From Harriotta raleighana (taxonomy: Eukaryota), in assembly GCA_050575255.1 (NCBI GenBank), contig JBNZDD010013510.1:722384-786383 (forward strand): DNA of 64,000 bases, read 5' to 3'. Position 1 is the stretch's first letter; the number at the start of each line of letters is the position of its first letter. A model generated the notes under the pieces. That model saw nothing but the letters and a program-made list of their open reading frames with translations, was not told where the DNA came from and ran no database searches. Shown here one piece after another: positions 25,161 to 39,651 of the stretch. The translations under genes were made by a program, and so were the position numbers.

Positions 25161-28100
25161 CAAGCGATTTGCAAACAATTCAAGACAACCCTGGCTTTAA
25201 TTGAGGAGAAAGTTTGAAAGTGGTTGGATACCAGCAGCTCTCCTCCTCAGCATAAACAACATCAAATCCATTTTTATTCGGATTACATCACACAATTGTA
25301 ATAGCAAATGAAATTCCTTAGCAATGGACAGATGCGATAATAGCCTTGAGACTGTGCAGTTAAAATTTCACACTGAAGGCGTGCTCTTTTATTCTGCTTC
25401 GTCAGCAGCAAGGTGACCACAAGTAACCCTACAACAACAACAAAATTACATTTGTATAGCGCCTTATCCTACCATGTTTTATATCCAATTAGTGTACTTT
25501 ATTCCTCTTACAGCAGTGAACAACATTATAACTTATTTACCCATATTAAATGAATCATCCAATTTTGCAGAGTAAAACAGATGTCACCTAGTGTCACTGA
25601 CAACCCAGCAAATACTGCTCATCAATGCCAACCAAATAAGTAATGTTACCTTTTCACTGTCAATCTACCACTGACAGGAGAATCGCCATTAGCTACAGAC
25701 TAGTCATGTAAGTCAGGCAGTATTGCTGGATGATGGAGGTCGTGTGCAGCAGCTCAGATTTAATCTGTCTCTGACTCTGTTAATATGAACCCAACGTGGG
25801 ATTGTTATCAGAAGTAGACTTGGGCATCCTATTTTTTTTGCAGGCATTCACCATGTCTTTCACAGTGAACCAGTTGAGGATCTCTGCCCTCTTCTTTATT
25901 CTGTGCTTCCATTTCTTGCAAGGGTAAGGAGTTTATACTGTAATAACACGGATTGCATTTTTCATGGTGACAGGCTGCTTCCCCAAACTGACTACTCCCC
26001 TCGGGTGCTCTGTTCAAGGACAAACCAACGTTAGACGCGGGGCATCAGCTGTAAAATCCTTGCCTGGATGGGATCTGATCATCTGTGTATGTGACTCAAG
26101 CTGGAAACATTCCAGTATCTGCAATTTACGCTGCCTTAAACCGACCCCACCTCATTATAGCAATGAATAATCAGGATTATACTCACTGTTTCTATTGATT
26201 ATTTTAGCTGTGCAGTAGGTATACTGTATGTGGTTATGTTTGTGAAGATTGAATTGTGGAGTTTGTGTCCATTTCGAAGAGTATATTTGTACATTATTGA
26301 CAATTATAATGTTTATAATTGCCAAGAATACAGTATATGGATATCCTTGTAGCTGTTTAAATTCCCACAACCATTGTTTGCTCCTTGACCCAAAGAGAAG
26401 ACTTGTATTCTATGTATTTTATGTATTGTAAAGACCGCAGCAGCCCTCTGCTATCTTATCAAGTTGTGCTCTTCATGTTGAGCTCATACAATGTTAGTGG
26501 GAATGAAAATTTGAAATCATGTTCTGCCCTGGCCTGAGTAGACATTTCACAGCTGCACTTTGACCTTTACAAAGGTCTTGTAGTTTCAGCTGTTCAGAAA
26601 TCCAAATAAAATACAGCGAGAGGCTCTGAAGGCTTCAGCACACTCCCGTTGGCATGTATTATTATTTGGACAAGTGGGAGTTGGACCATTAAATCTTTTA
26701 AATTGCAGCCAGCTGCTGTGGGCTTCACATGAACATTGTTTGGACTCTGTAGAATCGACAGAATGCCAAATGGTTCTCATCAAGACGAAAGGATCCTTTG
26801 CAGCCCACGCACATTGTATACCATTGAGATATCAACTAGCTGCTGATTTCAATCAAATTGGAGTCAAGACACCAAAGCACCCATGGCTGACCCAAGCTTC
26901 TGAGCAGTTGAAACTGTGACTGGAGTTTTATTCCAATTGAAATGATTTATTAGCCTGTCTTGTCCTATTTTTATAAACAGTAGCTGTTTGTCCTGTGTAC
27001 TCGCTCGTTCTGATGGATGTCTGTTTCTTGCAGCCAGAAGTACATTGTTGCACAAAATTCTGAAAGGTGCTCGTGAGAGGTCGTGACTGTTTGGTGGAGA
27101 AAGGTGAATGGCAGATTCTGGAAGGAACTGTGGGCATATGAGCGCAAAGGTCCTAGGCAAATGGCAGAGACCTGTAACAGAGTGAGAACAGGAGTGTAAA
27201 TCAGGAAGGAAGGAAGGATAATTCAGGTACATGGTTGCCCAGAATGTTTCTAAAAAGGTACAAGCAATGTGATCAATTTCCACTCTGGGATGCTACCCTC
27301 TGTGAAGGGCGCTATATAAATGCAAGCTTTTGTTGTATTTTGGTACATTCTTGATTTACAGGATTGATAAATTACACATACTGTATTACAGTGTCAGAGA
27401 TCCTAGCTCTAAAGCAATTTCCTATTCCTTCAAATGGAAAGGCCTAATATTTGAGCACTAGTATACCCACCAGTCATTCTCTGTTGTATAACAATAGTAT
27501 ATTGTTGATGGCATCAAACTTTAAAATATTGGAAATTGAGTCAGGGATTGAAATATTAAAGTATATTTAATTTTTAAACACAATATTGTATAATAAGTTC
27601 CATCTTTAAAGAATTACCGCTTAATCTGAATACCGATAAATTAGTGAATCTTAAAATATAATTACACTCCTTGGAAGAAAGCTCATCATTTTGGATGCCA
27701 TCTGTATATTGGTTAACCATGCAGTACTGTAATATGAGATTTTTCCTTCATGTAACTCCAAGCAATTATTCCATCTGCTTGGTTGCCTCTCTAGCCGGGA
27801 ATTTTTACCTAGTCTTGGTCTATAAAATAATTTTGTCAACAAACTTACTCTTGTGCAGAATAGTGGAAACTCCTTAAATCTTATCTTTAAAATAAGATGT
27901 CAAATCTTAATTTGAAATCTTATTTAAAAAAAAAGAGATTTATGAGTTTTCATAATTCTGTATAATCTTCATGTTTAAAGGCAAAGTTGTTTTACAGGCT
28001 AAATCCAAGTGCAATTTAAGGCCCAATATTTCTTCAGCATCTTATCATTTCTCTCACTTGCTCCCTTCCTACCTCGACCTTGCTCATGTAATGTTAACCG

Positions 28101-30486
28101 GACTAGACCAATTACTTGTTGCACACTTTGCCCTGTCCATGCACACTTTCTTGCTGCTGAATGAGAGTAATTATGTTGAAGACTTGCAATTTAAAATTGC
28201 CCTGTGGCTGATCAAACGCTCCACAGGTTACAATGGTTCCTGTGTATTTTAGATTAGGAACAGGCTCAATGGCCTTAATGACTTTCTTGTGTTTAACCAA
28301 GGGAATTGGTGAACCTGGTTGACATTGATCCAATACCCTAGATTGTACAAGATTGTATGCAAAGGAATTAGCAATCCAATTTCAGGTCTTTGCATTGCTG
28401 AAGGGATTTGTGTGCTGATCTATGTACATCAGTTCCTTGCATTATGAACTGAAGATTTAAAATAGCCGACTATATTAGCAACAGCTGGTGGTAGTGAAAG
28501 TTTACTTCATTTCTCAAATTACTGGTGGGAACGTTCTTCCTACCTGCTGACTCTTAATAGCAATGTTTTTTAATTGCATAGTTTTAGTTCAAAACATTCC
28601 AGTTTAGGCCACATTCTGTTTTAGGTCAGAGGAACACATCTGATAATTAAAATCCAGTTAATAAACTTTCCCAATAGAATTGAGATGAGAAAATAAAATC
28701 AGTTCATTTGTAGCACTAGATACAAAGTTTAATTCCAGTTGGACCAAACAAAATCATCAGGACAGTATTAATTGTAGTTTGTATGACGACCATTATGTGA
28801 AGTTGGATTTAATGAGCATATTGTTTAATTGTGTTCTTCAGCAAAAAGTGAATATCTGCAATGTTCTGCCATAAAACTGTTGTAAACTAGTTTACTAACT
28901 AAACTCTATTTCTAAGAAGGTGAGTGTTCTGGATCGGTGCAAGATTGTGCAAGAATCACTATAAAAGTGACTATAAAGGCAGGCGTGATATATAACAAGA
29001 CATAAATTGGTCCATTGGTCGTTAATACATAAAAGGTTTTCTGTTATTGTATAGAGGTTACATTGGTTACATTTTATTTTAAACTGGATTTGATTTTGGT
29101 AATCCAGTTTCTGAGGCAGATAGGTTTTTAGTATTCCAGGGCACTGCTAATGACAGAGAGTCCAAGGTCTGGCAATGGAATTACCAGGTGTCAGTGGCAA
29201 ACAAAAGTAGAACTGTGTCTGGTATGGATACTCTTTAATCATGGTGATTTGTTTCCAAGTACCCGAAACCTGACTGGTCGAAATGCAGAGATTAAACTGA
29301 TTTGTGTGTGAGAGAGAGAGAAAGATGGCTATATGAGAGGTGGTGATTTGTCTGATTGTTCTGCACAGATTTTGTGGGTGAAAATAATTTAGAAGGTAAT
29401 GCTTCCCACATAGGAAAGATTTTATATTGCACCAAGCATTTACTTAATCTTAATGCAACACCTTCGGATGTCTTCTTAATGTGAAAGGCGCTTTACAACT
29501 GTAATTTTGTTGTTGTTATGTACGACTGCATCTGTTAAGTTGAATGGAAGCTTCAAATTGAAACAATAGACTTTCCACAGTCTGCTATGGGTCTCTTGAT
29601 GCACTTCCCAATCTAGAGGAAATGTACTTTGATTGCGTCACCCCGAGTATTGATTTTCATCCACTTCTACTTGCAGATGAACAGAAATATTTAATGCCAA
29701 TTGGGAATTCATCGTGGTAAAGAATGTACCAGGGCAAAATTATTTTTCCTCTTTTAGTTAGTACTGAGTTCCAAACACAGTGCAACCCCTCAATCATCAT
29801 TTTCAATGTATTACTGTGATTTCTGGAAGGTAATGAATCTTAGTACAGTAGCATTGAGAAGACATGAAAACTGCTGTATCAAATGCAAACACCAACATAA
29901 TTCAATAAAACATCATGCATAGTTGGGTCAGAGGTTGCTCATGCTATTTGAGTGTAGTAGTTTCAGAAAGCACTTAGTCAGCAGAATATTGTTCTGAAAG
30001 GAAGATATTTCAAATGAATTACATAGAGATTTTTGATGCCATACGTGAAAGAAATTGGTGTGGCGATGTAAAGGATTCTGTTACCCAGGTATAAATACTA
30101 TATATGTCTGCATGAATAAATCTAATAATCATTGAACACTGTTTCAGGTACAAAGAACCCCTGGAAGTCCTTGCATGTAGTGTAGTTGTTAACGGACGCA
30201 ACCGTAAGAGGATTGTTCAAGAAAGTTTAATCATTCTCATGGGCTTTGATTGCTGAGCTCTTAAATTGGAGAAATGAAGACCGATAATTTGACAGATTGA
30301 ATTTGCTGATAATGGACCAAGGTGGAAGACTGCTTATTTTATGAATGCTGCCAAAGCTGTTTAATTAATGCTGTTAAAATAAAATCAGTTTCAGAGCTTT
30401 ATTACCACATTGTGTACTCAATATAATCAGTCAGCATCAATAGCCAAGGTTGGGAGTGAAACCATGCCAGCAGTATTTAGTATATC

Positions 30487-30932
30487 CAGTAAAATCTTGT
30501 TTATCCATGACTCGATGAACCGGAAAACCCGTTCATCCGCCATCTCAAAAAAAAAAGTCCTGATTCGATGAACCGGAAGTTATCTGGCAAATAGTGATGA
30601 CGCATTTAATGAATCAACTGTCGCACGCAAGTACTGGTGCAGGTATTTGTGGCTGGCCACTAGTTGGGTCTAAACTCGCTCCTGCTCCTTTTAAAAGTCG
30701 CGTTTTTTTGTCATCCATCGGGTGAGGGCTGCCATTGCGAAGTTAAGTATAAATAATAAAGTACTAATACAATATTCTGTTATTATTTAGTCTATTATTA
30801 ATATGGTATGTGTTAAAATCATTTAAAAAAATTTAAACAGAATTATTTTAAAACTTTTTTTTAATAATCCGTTCAACCGTTTAACCGCCATTGGCCAGGT
30901 CCCGTGGGTGCCGGATAAACTGTGTTTTACTG
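30487..30932. mobile_element. Tigger/pogo-type MITE, 446 bp (copy 1)
   Basis: TIRs CAGTAAAATCTTGTTTATCC and GGATAAACTGTGTTTTACTG|TA; whole length matches 51902-52337 in reverse orientation. Confidence 0.9.
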
Positions 30933-31320
30933 TAATACATCACTATCTTTTTGATTCTTTCCCTTTTATTTTCAATTCTTTTATCATATTGCAGCAAGAA
31001 TTGCTGAAACCAGGATTGACAGTGCATGATTGAGTCTCATGAGTGACATTTTCACTCGGCACATTCTAGAAAGCAGCGGATGGACGACTGGCAGATACAC
31101 AGAACTATTGTTTATGAGCAAAAGAATGATGCTGAGAGTTATTCAGCAGAGTCGATGATGGATTTGTATATCCAGAAGCAATGACATTCAGGAGACTTGC
31201 TTTCAGATTGACTTCCCTGGAGGTATTATTTTTCCTGTTCCACTAGGTCAATTCTCAGTGCTTTTACAATCCTACAGCCAATTTTTCTGTACTGTATTCA
31301 CCAACCACACAAATTGATAC

Positions 31321-31387
31321 CTCTGTATCAGTGTCCGGCCTTCAAAGACTCTCTGCATCAGCGTCTGGCCTTCACAGACTCTCTGCA
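31321..31387. repeat. 30-bp tandem duplication (about 2.2 units)
   Basis: CTCTGTATCAGTGTCCGGCCTTCAAAGACT / CTCTGCATCAGCGTCTGGCCTTCACAGACT / CTCTGCA. Confidence 0.9.
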
Positions 31388-32269
31388 GGTCACTCCCAGT
31401 GCCACTGTCCTGTATTTTCCAACTGCCTACACTTCACTTTGAGTGGCAGTGACTGCTTTAACCAATTGCCTGTTGAATACTCTTAGTTCTGCCAGGGTCC
31501 ATCTGACAAGAATTCCATTTTGACCTTCTCGAATAATCTTAACGGATTTTGTCTTTTTGGTGGAAAGAATTGGAGCCGCAATGTCTTGGGTGATTTCAAA
31601 GAGAAAAAAAAGTGTAACCTTTGAAATGTCATTTTTGTGCAAAAATACCGTCACATTGTTCAAGAGGTCAACTGTGCAAAAATATATCTAGTGGATAGAA
31701 GAGAGCGAATCAAAAGTGCACAAATGTAAGTGTTTCAGACATTTTCCACTGTTCAAATGCTCTGCAAACAATATGCTTCAAAGTCATTTTCTATGCGAAT
31801 TGCCTAGCAGCTTTTTAAGTGTCAGATCTGAAGCCAATAATTGAACGAATAGCATATTCTTACCACAAATGCAGAATGCTGTCAAATGCCTTCTATCCTT
31901 TGAAAATCGTAGCAGCCGACTTGAACAAAGAAACGTTTTGCCTTTGGAGTTCTATTTCAGAGATCCTGTTGCTAATTATTTCTTTATCTTTTATTTGCCC
32001 AAATTACGTGGATTGTCAAAAACAAGCTCAACGATGCTATTTCTTCGCGTAATGCATGCTCTTTCAGTCAAGATTGCCAGAGTGATGGGAGCTGTGCTGG
32101 TTGCAGTGGCTATCAAACTGCTTTGTGATTGCCTGTTTGGATTGCTTTTGTGTGTGGCTCAGTGGACTAAGCCTGTTTATTATCCTCCTCCCCCAGAGTT
32201 GGACAGATCTCCCATGGAATGCAACATCATCTTATAGTTGAACTTTTAGCAATTCCTGTCACTGTCGTT

Positions 32270-32615
32270 CTTTGATATAAAATTGCGTCATGCCGTCATC
32301 AAAGTTCTCAAAGTGCTTCAAGATTTTCTGTGAAATGTAGTGACTGTGGCTGAATGTGGTGGCCAATTGTGCACAGCAGTTCTACAAACAGCTTTGAAGC
32401 AAATGCCAATTTTATCTGTAGGATTGCTGGTAAGCATACCAGGAAAAACTCTGTTTTCGTTTCAAATTGCGTCATGTGACGTCCACTAGGCAGACAGAAT
32501 CTCAGTTTGATCGCATCTAAAGAACGGTACCTCCGACTTTGCAGCACTCCCCCAGCACTGCACCGCAGCATCAGCCTAGACTACTCTCAACCTACAACTT
32601 TCTAACTCAAATAGT
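32270..32615 (-). mobile_element. old Deu-domain SINE (SacSINE1/AmnSINE1-like)
   Basis: Minus strand reads GGGAGTGCTGCAAAGTCGGAGGTACCGTTCTTTAGATGCGATCAAACTGAG...CTGTTTGTAGAACTGCTGTGCACAATTGGC, the DeuSINE body pattern. Confidence 0.7.
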
Positions 32616-34174
32616 TTAACAATTGTGATAGGCTGATAGTAATGAGAATTTAAGTTTTGAGTCATGCAGAATATTGCTCACCAAAAACACCTACGTTTCA
32701 ATCCAATCAGAATTGATGGGTTAAACATTGCTTCTTGTAAAAGATGTGTAGTAAATGGAATGAACTTGGTCAGCCTTATCCTAGGTCTGCAGCACAAACT
32801 TGTCCAGAACTCAGGATTGGCAATCCTCGAATTTAAATAATAATACTTACACTTGAAACGCCTTTCGCTTCTGGGGAATGTCTCAAAATGTTTCACGGGA
32901 TTTAATTTCATAGTACTGTAATATCTGGAGGTGAATATGGTAAACATTTATGCACAGCAGTGTCACGCAAAGCAAATGACCAATTTTGTTTGGGTTCTTG
33001 TTGGTCAGGACATTGGAAGAAACTCTCTTCTCTTATTGAGTCATGCCATGGGATTTTTGACATGCTCCCAAACAGACAGAAACTCTGTTTTGCACCCCAG
33101 TACTACAGTATTTTGCTACTGCAGTATTTAGGTTTGATTTCAAAGGAGAAGAAGGCAGTCTGAAACAGAAAGGAAACATGCATTTGGAAGCTCCTCTGAA
33201 TTATTTTACTCCATGCCAGCATTTCTCTTTGATTAAAAAGTGATACAGGATCAGAATTCCATCCCTAAAAGATGTACGTGGACCCAGAGAGAATGCTCCT
33301 GTACTGAACTGCAAGCCAGTTATTCACAAAGATTGTCCATTTAATGCTTAGTAATTAGCTCAATCTGACAAGTGTTGAGTAGACTCTCAGAGGTCTTGGT
33401 GCATTACACTAATCAAGCCCAATATTCTCTGTGAACAGCAGGAGAGATTCCGCAATGCTCTTTGCTCCTTTTAAGATTATTAATCAGCATTATTAATACA
33501 AAACAGTGTATAGTACAGCAGGGATTGGAGTTGCACTCATAACTAATAGATGATTCTGTCTGCTCTGTATGTTTCACTCAACAGTACAATAGTCTTATGT
33601 TTCATCCCATCTTGTGGTTTGCTATGTGGTTTTGATTTGCCATACAGTTAGTGGAAAGAAATGGTAAAGGTTTCAATTGTTGTTGCACAGAGTGAATAAT
33701 ATTTGCCCAAGGAAGTCTTGAGGCAAATGGCTTCAAATAATACAAAGCGAGGAATGTGTTGTGTATTTTGTTGCTTTGAAATTTTGCATTATTGGCTGTA
33801 TCAGGCCATTGTTTTAGAAAGATTTCCCAATGCACTTGGAAGTACCGCCTGGAACAATATGGCAGTCATTACTGCATGCATCCAATCGAGCCATTCTTTA
33901 GTAATGTATCCCAGTACAATGCTAAAATTTCTAATTGCATTTCAGTATTTGTGCCCTCATTAAACTGAGGAATGATGTGGCTGGAGAATTGAACACTTTT
34001 ATTTCTCATCTCGGGGATAGTGCAGAGCAGCATGATCGGTGGCATTTCCATGATGACTATCATGTGTAACTACCTCCTTAGATTCAGTGACACAGCTCAA
34101 TGTGTGCTAAAATGACTGTAAGCTCTCACTGTACTGAGTTTGGGATTAGTTTACAAGCTTGGTGTTTGAATTGC

Positions 34175-34298
34175 CTGTTTCACCCACAAAATTCCGTACA
34201 CAGTCAATTTTCTTTCACAGTACATCTTGTGAAGGACTTTAAGATGTCTTGTCAACGTGATAAAGTGCAATATCAAATGCAAAGATTATTATTAGTAG
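34175..34298 (+). mobile_element. SINE tail fragment
   Basis: CACCCACAAAA...ACAGTCAATT...GTGAAGGACTTTAAGATGTC...ATATCAAATGCAAAGATTATTATT. Confidence 0.75.
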
Positions 34299-36400
34299 TA
34301 CACCAGTAGTAGTATTGTAACATTTCATGATCTCAAGATATTGTAAAATAGAGATTTCAGGATGGCTGCAAAAGAACCAGCAGTTTTCCTGTGATCCAAT
34401 TGAAACAAGGCACGCAAGACATGGCATGGAAAATTGACTAGTATGTAACTAGGGGAGGGCGCTAACTTGCTTAGTGATGGTTGTGAGAACATATCACTGT
34501 TAGAACAATAACAGAGAAGGGGAGCAGAATGGATGAAAGCGCACTCGACAATGGCGGGACGAAGCTGTGAAGGGATTTAACCATCATCACCAGTACATTA
34601 GGCCAAACCGTCAGCACAGCAGGGTAATGCACATTTTTGAAGATTTACAACTGTTCGCTTACTTTCAGTCTACTTTGCAACATTCGTTGTCCATCTTGAG
34701 TTCAGAGCAATTTCGAATAAGTTGATAGGCTGGCCAAGTGTTGACCACAGAGGCAAATTTTTGAGCCAATGAAATAGTATAGATTTAAATGTTGAGACAG
34801 TCGCATCGACACAGAGATTCCGCATTTTCTGAGAGTAAGCTTCATATCGCCATTCAAAGGGTTAATGTGAAGATCTGTCGCGTGCCTTCATTGAGGATGT
34901 TGTCTACGTGTATGTTTGGTGGATGATTCCCTTTGCAATCTATTCGTTACATTTGTCGGGGGTTTATTTTGTCAAACTAAACGCTCCACTTCGCTGCAGT
35001 GCATATTTCCTTTGATCGGGCTCACGGTTTTTTCTTGCGACTGCAGCAAAAGTGAAAACACAACTGGAAATGTGAGCCCTGCAATAGCATTGGTGAGCCA
35101 CTTGGGCAACAGAAATTATACAGTTTAAAAGCAGGAGCTGTGTCTGTCTGGCTATGTCTCAACAGCACTTGAATATTCGCCCTCCAACTTCAATATTCCG
35201 ATAATATTAAAGCAAATCTGACATTTCTAGGTTAAACAAATGTGACCCAAGCTGTTTTCCGCAGCTTGCTGTTCATAACAAAAAAGAACAACAGTCCCTT
35301 TAAGTGCTTGGGTAACATTTATGTTATTGATGTCCCTCTTTGATTGTCTAGTTCCCAGTGAAAGCTATTGACTGAATCCGAAGGCCAGACACCTCCTTAA
35401 TAACCTGCCGCTCACTTGGGGACAGGCAGCTTCTAAATAGCCTTCTGGAGTTTAGTCTTGAATGAGTGGCAGCTGTTTAATGGCTTCCATCTTATCACTG
35501 AGAATGGCAGCCCCTTTTGAAGCTGTGATCGCTGTTCGAAAAAGTGAATATTACTTGAAATGATAGGGCTTTCACTTAAGCATTTAATGAAGCGGTTTTT
35601 CTTCACTGCTGAACACAGTCACTTGCTTTCAGAAGCAACACCATTCCAAATGTCCCGTGTACTAAAGATTTGGAAGTGTTTAGAATAACCAGCAATTGTC
35701 ATTCGCAACCCATTTTCTGCAGCAATGAACAGTGCAGGGAAGCAATGTCACAGGCTTCTGGTATTTGCAATGCACACAGACACCTCAACAAAGGGGCACT
35801 CGTCATCTTTTCATATTGTACACCTGTAAGATACTCACAGACTAGAGTAAATTATATAACCTTGCCATGGTCCTTCATGTTAATCCCTCAAGTGTTTTGG
35901 GTTTGGCCGGGTGTCTGACACATGCAAAAACCCATCACCATGTAACCATGGTATCCAAACCAAACTGAGAATTACACGCATCCCACGTACACATGGAAAT
36001 TCCAGAGAGAGATTGTAGAATGGAATGCCCACTCTCCCCTTGGAGGAATGCATCCTAATTCCGGAAAGTATTAGGCGCAGGTTGTCAAGAGACAAGGCTT
36101 GGGGATCCCAGAGTATGTGTTGAGTTATTGCTGGAGTCCAACCAGCTAAAACTGCACAGATTGCCATTGATATTGCTGACTGGTAAGCTTTCCAGCTTGG
36201 GTCATTCTACCTATTAGGGCTTTGGCTTGCAGGGTTAATAAGGCCTGAGTGGGATCACGCCTGCCTCCAATCCCTCCAAAGTGTTGGACAGATATTGCTT
36301 TGATTATTTGCCAACTATGTTAAAATTAAGACGCAATTTATGTTTAAATGCAGGACAAAATGATAATGCAGGAAGACTGATATATGGTTGCTCTTATGTG

Positions 36401-36611
36401 TTCTCCCTTTCCTCCTTCAAGGCCGGTCTCAAGACCTTCCTCTTCGACCGAGCCTTCGGTTCCCCCTCACCCTAATTCTTCCCACTCTCCTTCCCCCTCC
36501 CACTACCCCAATTCCCCCTTGCTCGGATCCTGACCTTCTGTTCAGTGCTTCGGGACGTCCTCCCGACGTGAAAGGCGCTTTACAAATGTAATTTTGTTGT
36601 TTGTTGTTGTT
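36401..36611 (+). mobile_element. L2 LINE 3' end (ORF2 C-terminus, 3'UTR and (TTG)n tail)
   Basis: Encodes SLSSFKAGLKTFLFDRAF, the typical L2 ORF2 end. Followed by a pyrimidine-rich UTR and GTGCTTCGGGACGTCC...GACGTGAAAGGCGCTTTACAAATGTAATTTTGTTGTT. Confidence 0.85.
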
Positions 36612-38056
36612 CTCCCTCCTCTCACTAAAAGTCTATGCTTTAGAGAGTGCCTTTGTTTTTCCATTTGCAAGCATACAATTGTATGTTCAGTGTCTAATAA
36701 TTGAAATGTGGCTGAATTCTTGGTTGAATGGGTAAGCTTTGTTTGAGCCTCACTCCAGTGTTAACACTTTTTTTTATTGCAAGTACCCTTCAGTTAAAAT
36801 TGCTCGATACTTCCAGCACATGTGATGCAGTGTTCAGGGTACATTGTTCTTCAGTTATGATACAATAGTTCAGTTGTTCACAGTGTTTAATTTATTGTGT
36901 GAAGTGGTTTGTGATGTTTTCACAAATGATTGTATTACAGTATTATTAATTTACAAATATTACTACAGTGCACATGTTGCCATCTCACTGAGCGAGCTTC
37001 ACTGTACAGCATGTCGAGAGTAGTTGTTTTCTAGTGTGTGATAGAGCATTTGGTGTCTACTGTGGGATCCATTTGATGGTTACGGCTGGGCCATCACAGG
37101 TCTGTGCATTTTCATATTCCAGTGTCATGAATATCTCTTTGTGTATATTTCTGGGCTATTTGTCAAGTGATAAGGTTCCAGCCAGTTACTGCAATAGGCC
37201 AACAGTGGTAAGCAGACACTGAAGATTTTTTCGAAGTCTCAATGAATGTATTCTTCTTATTCAGACTGGGCTCTTTTCCAAACTTGCCTTGATTCACATT
37301 AAATAGTGAGGTTGTTCTCTTGCTGCTTAGCTACAGTAGTAAGAATCCAAGGAGTTTACTAAATTACCATTGTATAGCTGTTTGGGAAGTTTATTTAAGA
37401 CGTATTTTTATAATATATCACTTACGCTTATACTGTATATTCCCAAATCAATTCCGTTTTAGAATTGTCTGCTGTTTTTCGTTTTATGCCTCTTGGCTTT
37501 TTTTTCTCCTGTTGTTTATTATTTCTCAGCTATTATTTTTCACTCTGTCATCTCTCTGCATTTGTTCTAGCAGCTCATTTCCATCCCAATGTTTTGCTGT
37601 CTATGTTCTCCTCCTTTTGGGACCATATTCCCCAAACTCAATCACGTAAGGCCAGATACTAATGTGATGATGTCTCACCTTGTAAAACCACTCCCACTGC
37701 TGAATGCACAATACAGTAGTATCCTGTGAGGGCATTATTAATATTAAATGTCAATTAGATCCTGCCAAAACTTCACTATATTTAAGTGGATTCTGCTCCA
37801 GTCTCAGAAACCTGAACCTTGTGAAATCAACATGATGTCTTTTTGTCTCAGTGAATTCAGTGTCGTAATGAGTTTAACCTGGATAGGAAATTCTTAACCT
37901 TTTGTTAAAAGGTTCTCATTTTGCAGCTTGGAAGTGCAGGAGCATCAAAATGTTTTGTGAGTTTTATTGTTGAAAGTGTTTCATTGCTTGAGTTGTCTCA
38001 AATGCCCGTCACTGACTGGAGCTAATGATTACATACATAACAATATCTAAAGCAGT

Positions 38057-38358
38057 GGAGTCCTGTAGCTCAGTGGTTAGAGAATTCGCCTTGCAAGCAA
38101 GAGACCCGGGTTTGATTCCCGGTAGGACACAACCTTGGGCAAGTTTCCTTACATGCCTGATAATAATCTCTCAAGAAAAAATCCAGCAATAAATTGGTTC
38201 TTCAATCCACATGTGGGACACTTTAGTGTGCAATTGGCTGCCGCATTTCATCCGCAAATATACCATCAATTCACTTTACAGTATATTCTGTGAAGAGCTT
38301 TGAGACATCTGGAAGATGTGAAAAGTGTTAGATCAAATGCAAGGATTATTATATATTA
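38057..38358 (+). mobile_element. full-length tRNA-derived SINE with well-preserved cloverleaf head
   Basis: GTCCTGT-AGCTCAGTGGTTAGAG...CTTGCAA...CCGGG-TTTGATT-CCCGG-TAGGAC; acceptor stem can pair; SINE body follows. Confidence 0.92.
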
Positions 38359-38419
38359 TAAAACCTCACTTACTGATACCATTTGAAATTATGTTCTACG
38401 TTTCTTCTCCCTACCAATT

Positions 38420-38810
38420 GTCAGCCTGGCTCAGATTTAGTACTCTCTCTTCAAATAGTTGTGGGTTCAAACCCCAATTGGGGGATTCACATTGTCTAGG
38501 ATGACACTCCAGATGAGCGCTGAGGTGGGTGTAGCATTGTTAGAAATGCCATCCTTTTAGATCAGAGGTGGAGAGCCTTTTGGGTTGGTCAATCAATTAA
38601 ATATTCTTGATTGCCACACTTTAAACATAACCACTCAATAGCTGTTGGAAACTAAACAGCGATGTTTGAGGTGCATTATTATGCACACTTTGGCTGCCAT
38701 ATTTGTTTTAAAAGTACAGTCTCTGTTTATCTTGAGAAGCACCTTGAAACATCCTCCTGTGATGAAATCCACTATATCAAACACAAGATTTATTTATTTA
38801 TTTATTTATT
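38420..38810 (+). mobile_element. old Deu-domain SINE
   Basis: CCTGGCTCAG...GTGGGTTCAAACCCCA...CTAGGATGACACTCCAG...GCATTGTTAGAAATGCCATCCTTTTAGAT...TTGGCTGCCATATTT, then the tail. Confidence 0.65.
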
Positions 38811-39651
38811 CCTCTGTGCTTTATTAGCTGACTGAAATCCCTAAAATGGAATCAGATCAAAATTACACTACTGGATCCTCATTCCATTTCAGCCTATTCA
38901 AGCAACATGCATTTGCAACACCTGATAATCACAGTGATAATCATTACCTAAGTAATTATTATTTTAAATGCCTGAATATTTAAAAGGCTATCTATTATCA
39001 CTTGAAATGTGTGTCAAGCAGGTATATCTATTTATAAAGCTACTGCTTGATCTGATGGAGAGCAGCTGGCTGTACCAAGGGAAGTCCGACTGCATTATCA
39101 GATCAGATCACACAGCTGCAGCTAGAAGACACGAAGGGGGCACAAACTAGAAATGGCAGAGTGGTATTTTGAACTGTTGAGCACAGCATGAATCATGAAA
39201 AAGCTGCAAATTATTATAGTGGAGAGTCAATGAGTGAAGATATGAAGCAAATATGAATTCACTTCATCAGAGGTTCCTCGTGGAGTCTTTCATTTGAATT
39301 GTTGTGTTGCAGCCTAGCTCACTGTCAGCCTACAGGAGATTTAAAACTAAGATATCAGAGGTTGGCTAAAACAACCATGCAACTTTCCCACCGAAGGACC
39401 CATGCTCAACCAACTGAGCAATTTCCAATGGCAGGAATCCATTGGGGAAAGTGACACTTAAGATTGTTTGATAGCTCCCCGCAAAAGGACTATTTGTTGT
39501 AGAGGTTGAAGAGAGAACAAGCAGGATTAGTGCAAAACGTAAATGCTGGGCTCACTGCCCCATAGCGATTGATTAACTAGAGAAGACCATTTATCAATTG
39601 CACTTCAAACTTACTTAATGGGCTCACAGAGCTGAATCTGTGAAAATTAGG

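Noticed and set aside
30149-30204. Possible small exon (TTTCAG|GTACAAAGAACCC...CAACC|GTAAGA)
   Set aside because: Weak pyrimidine tract and donor context; peptide unrecognisable; compatible with chance.
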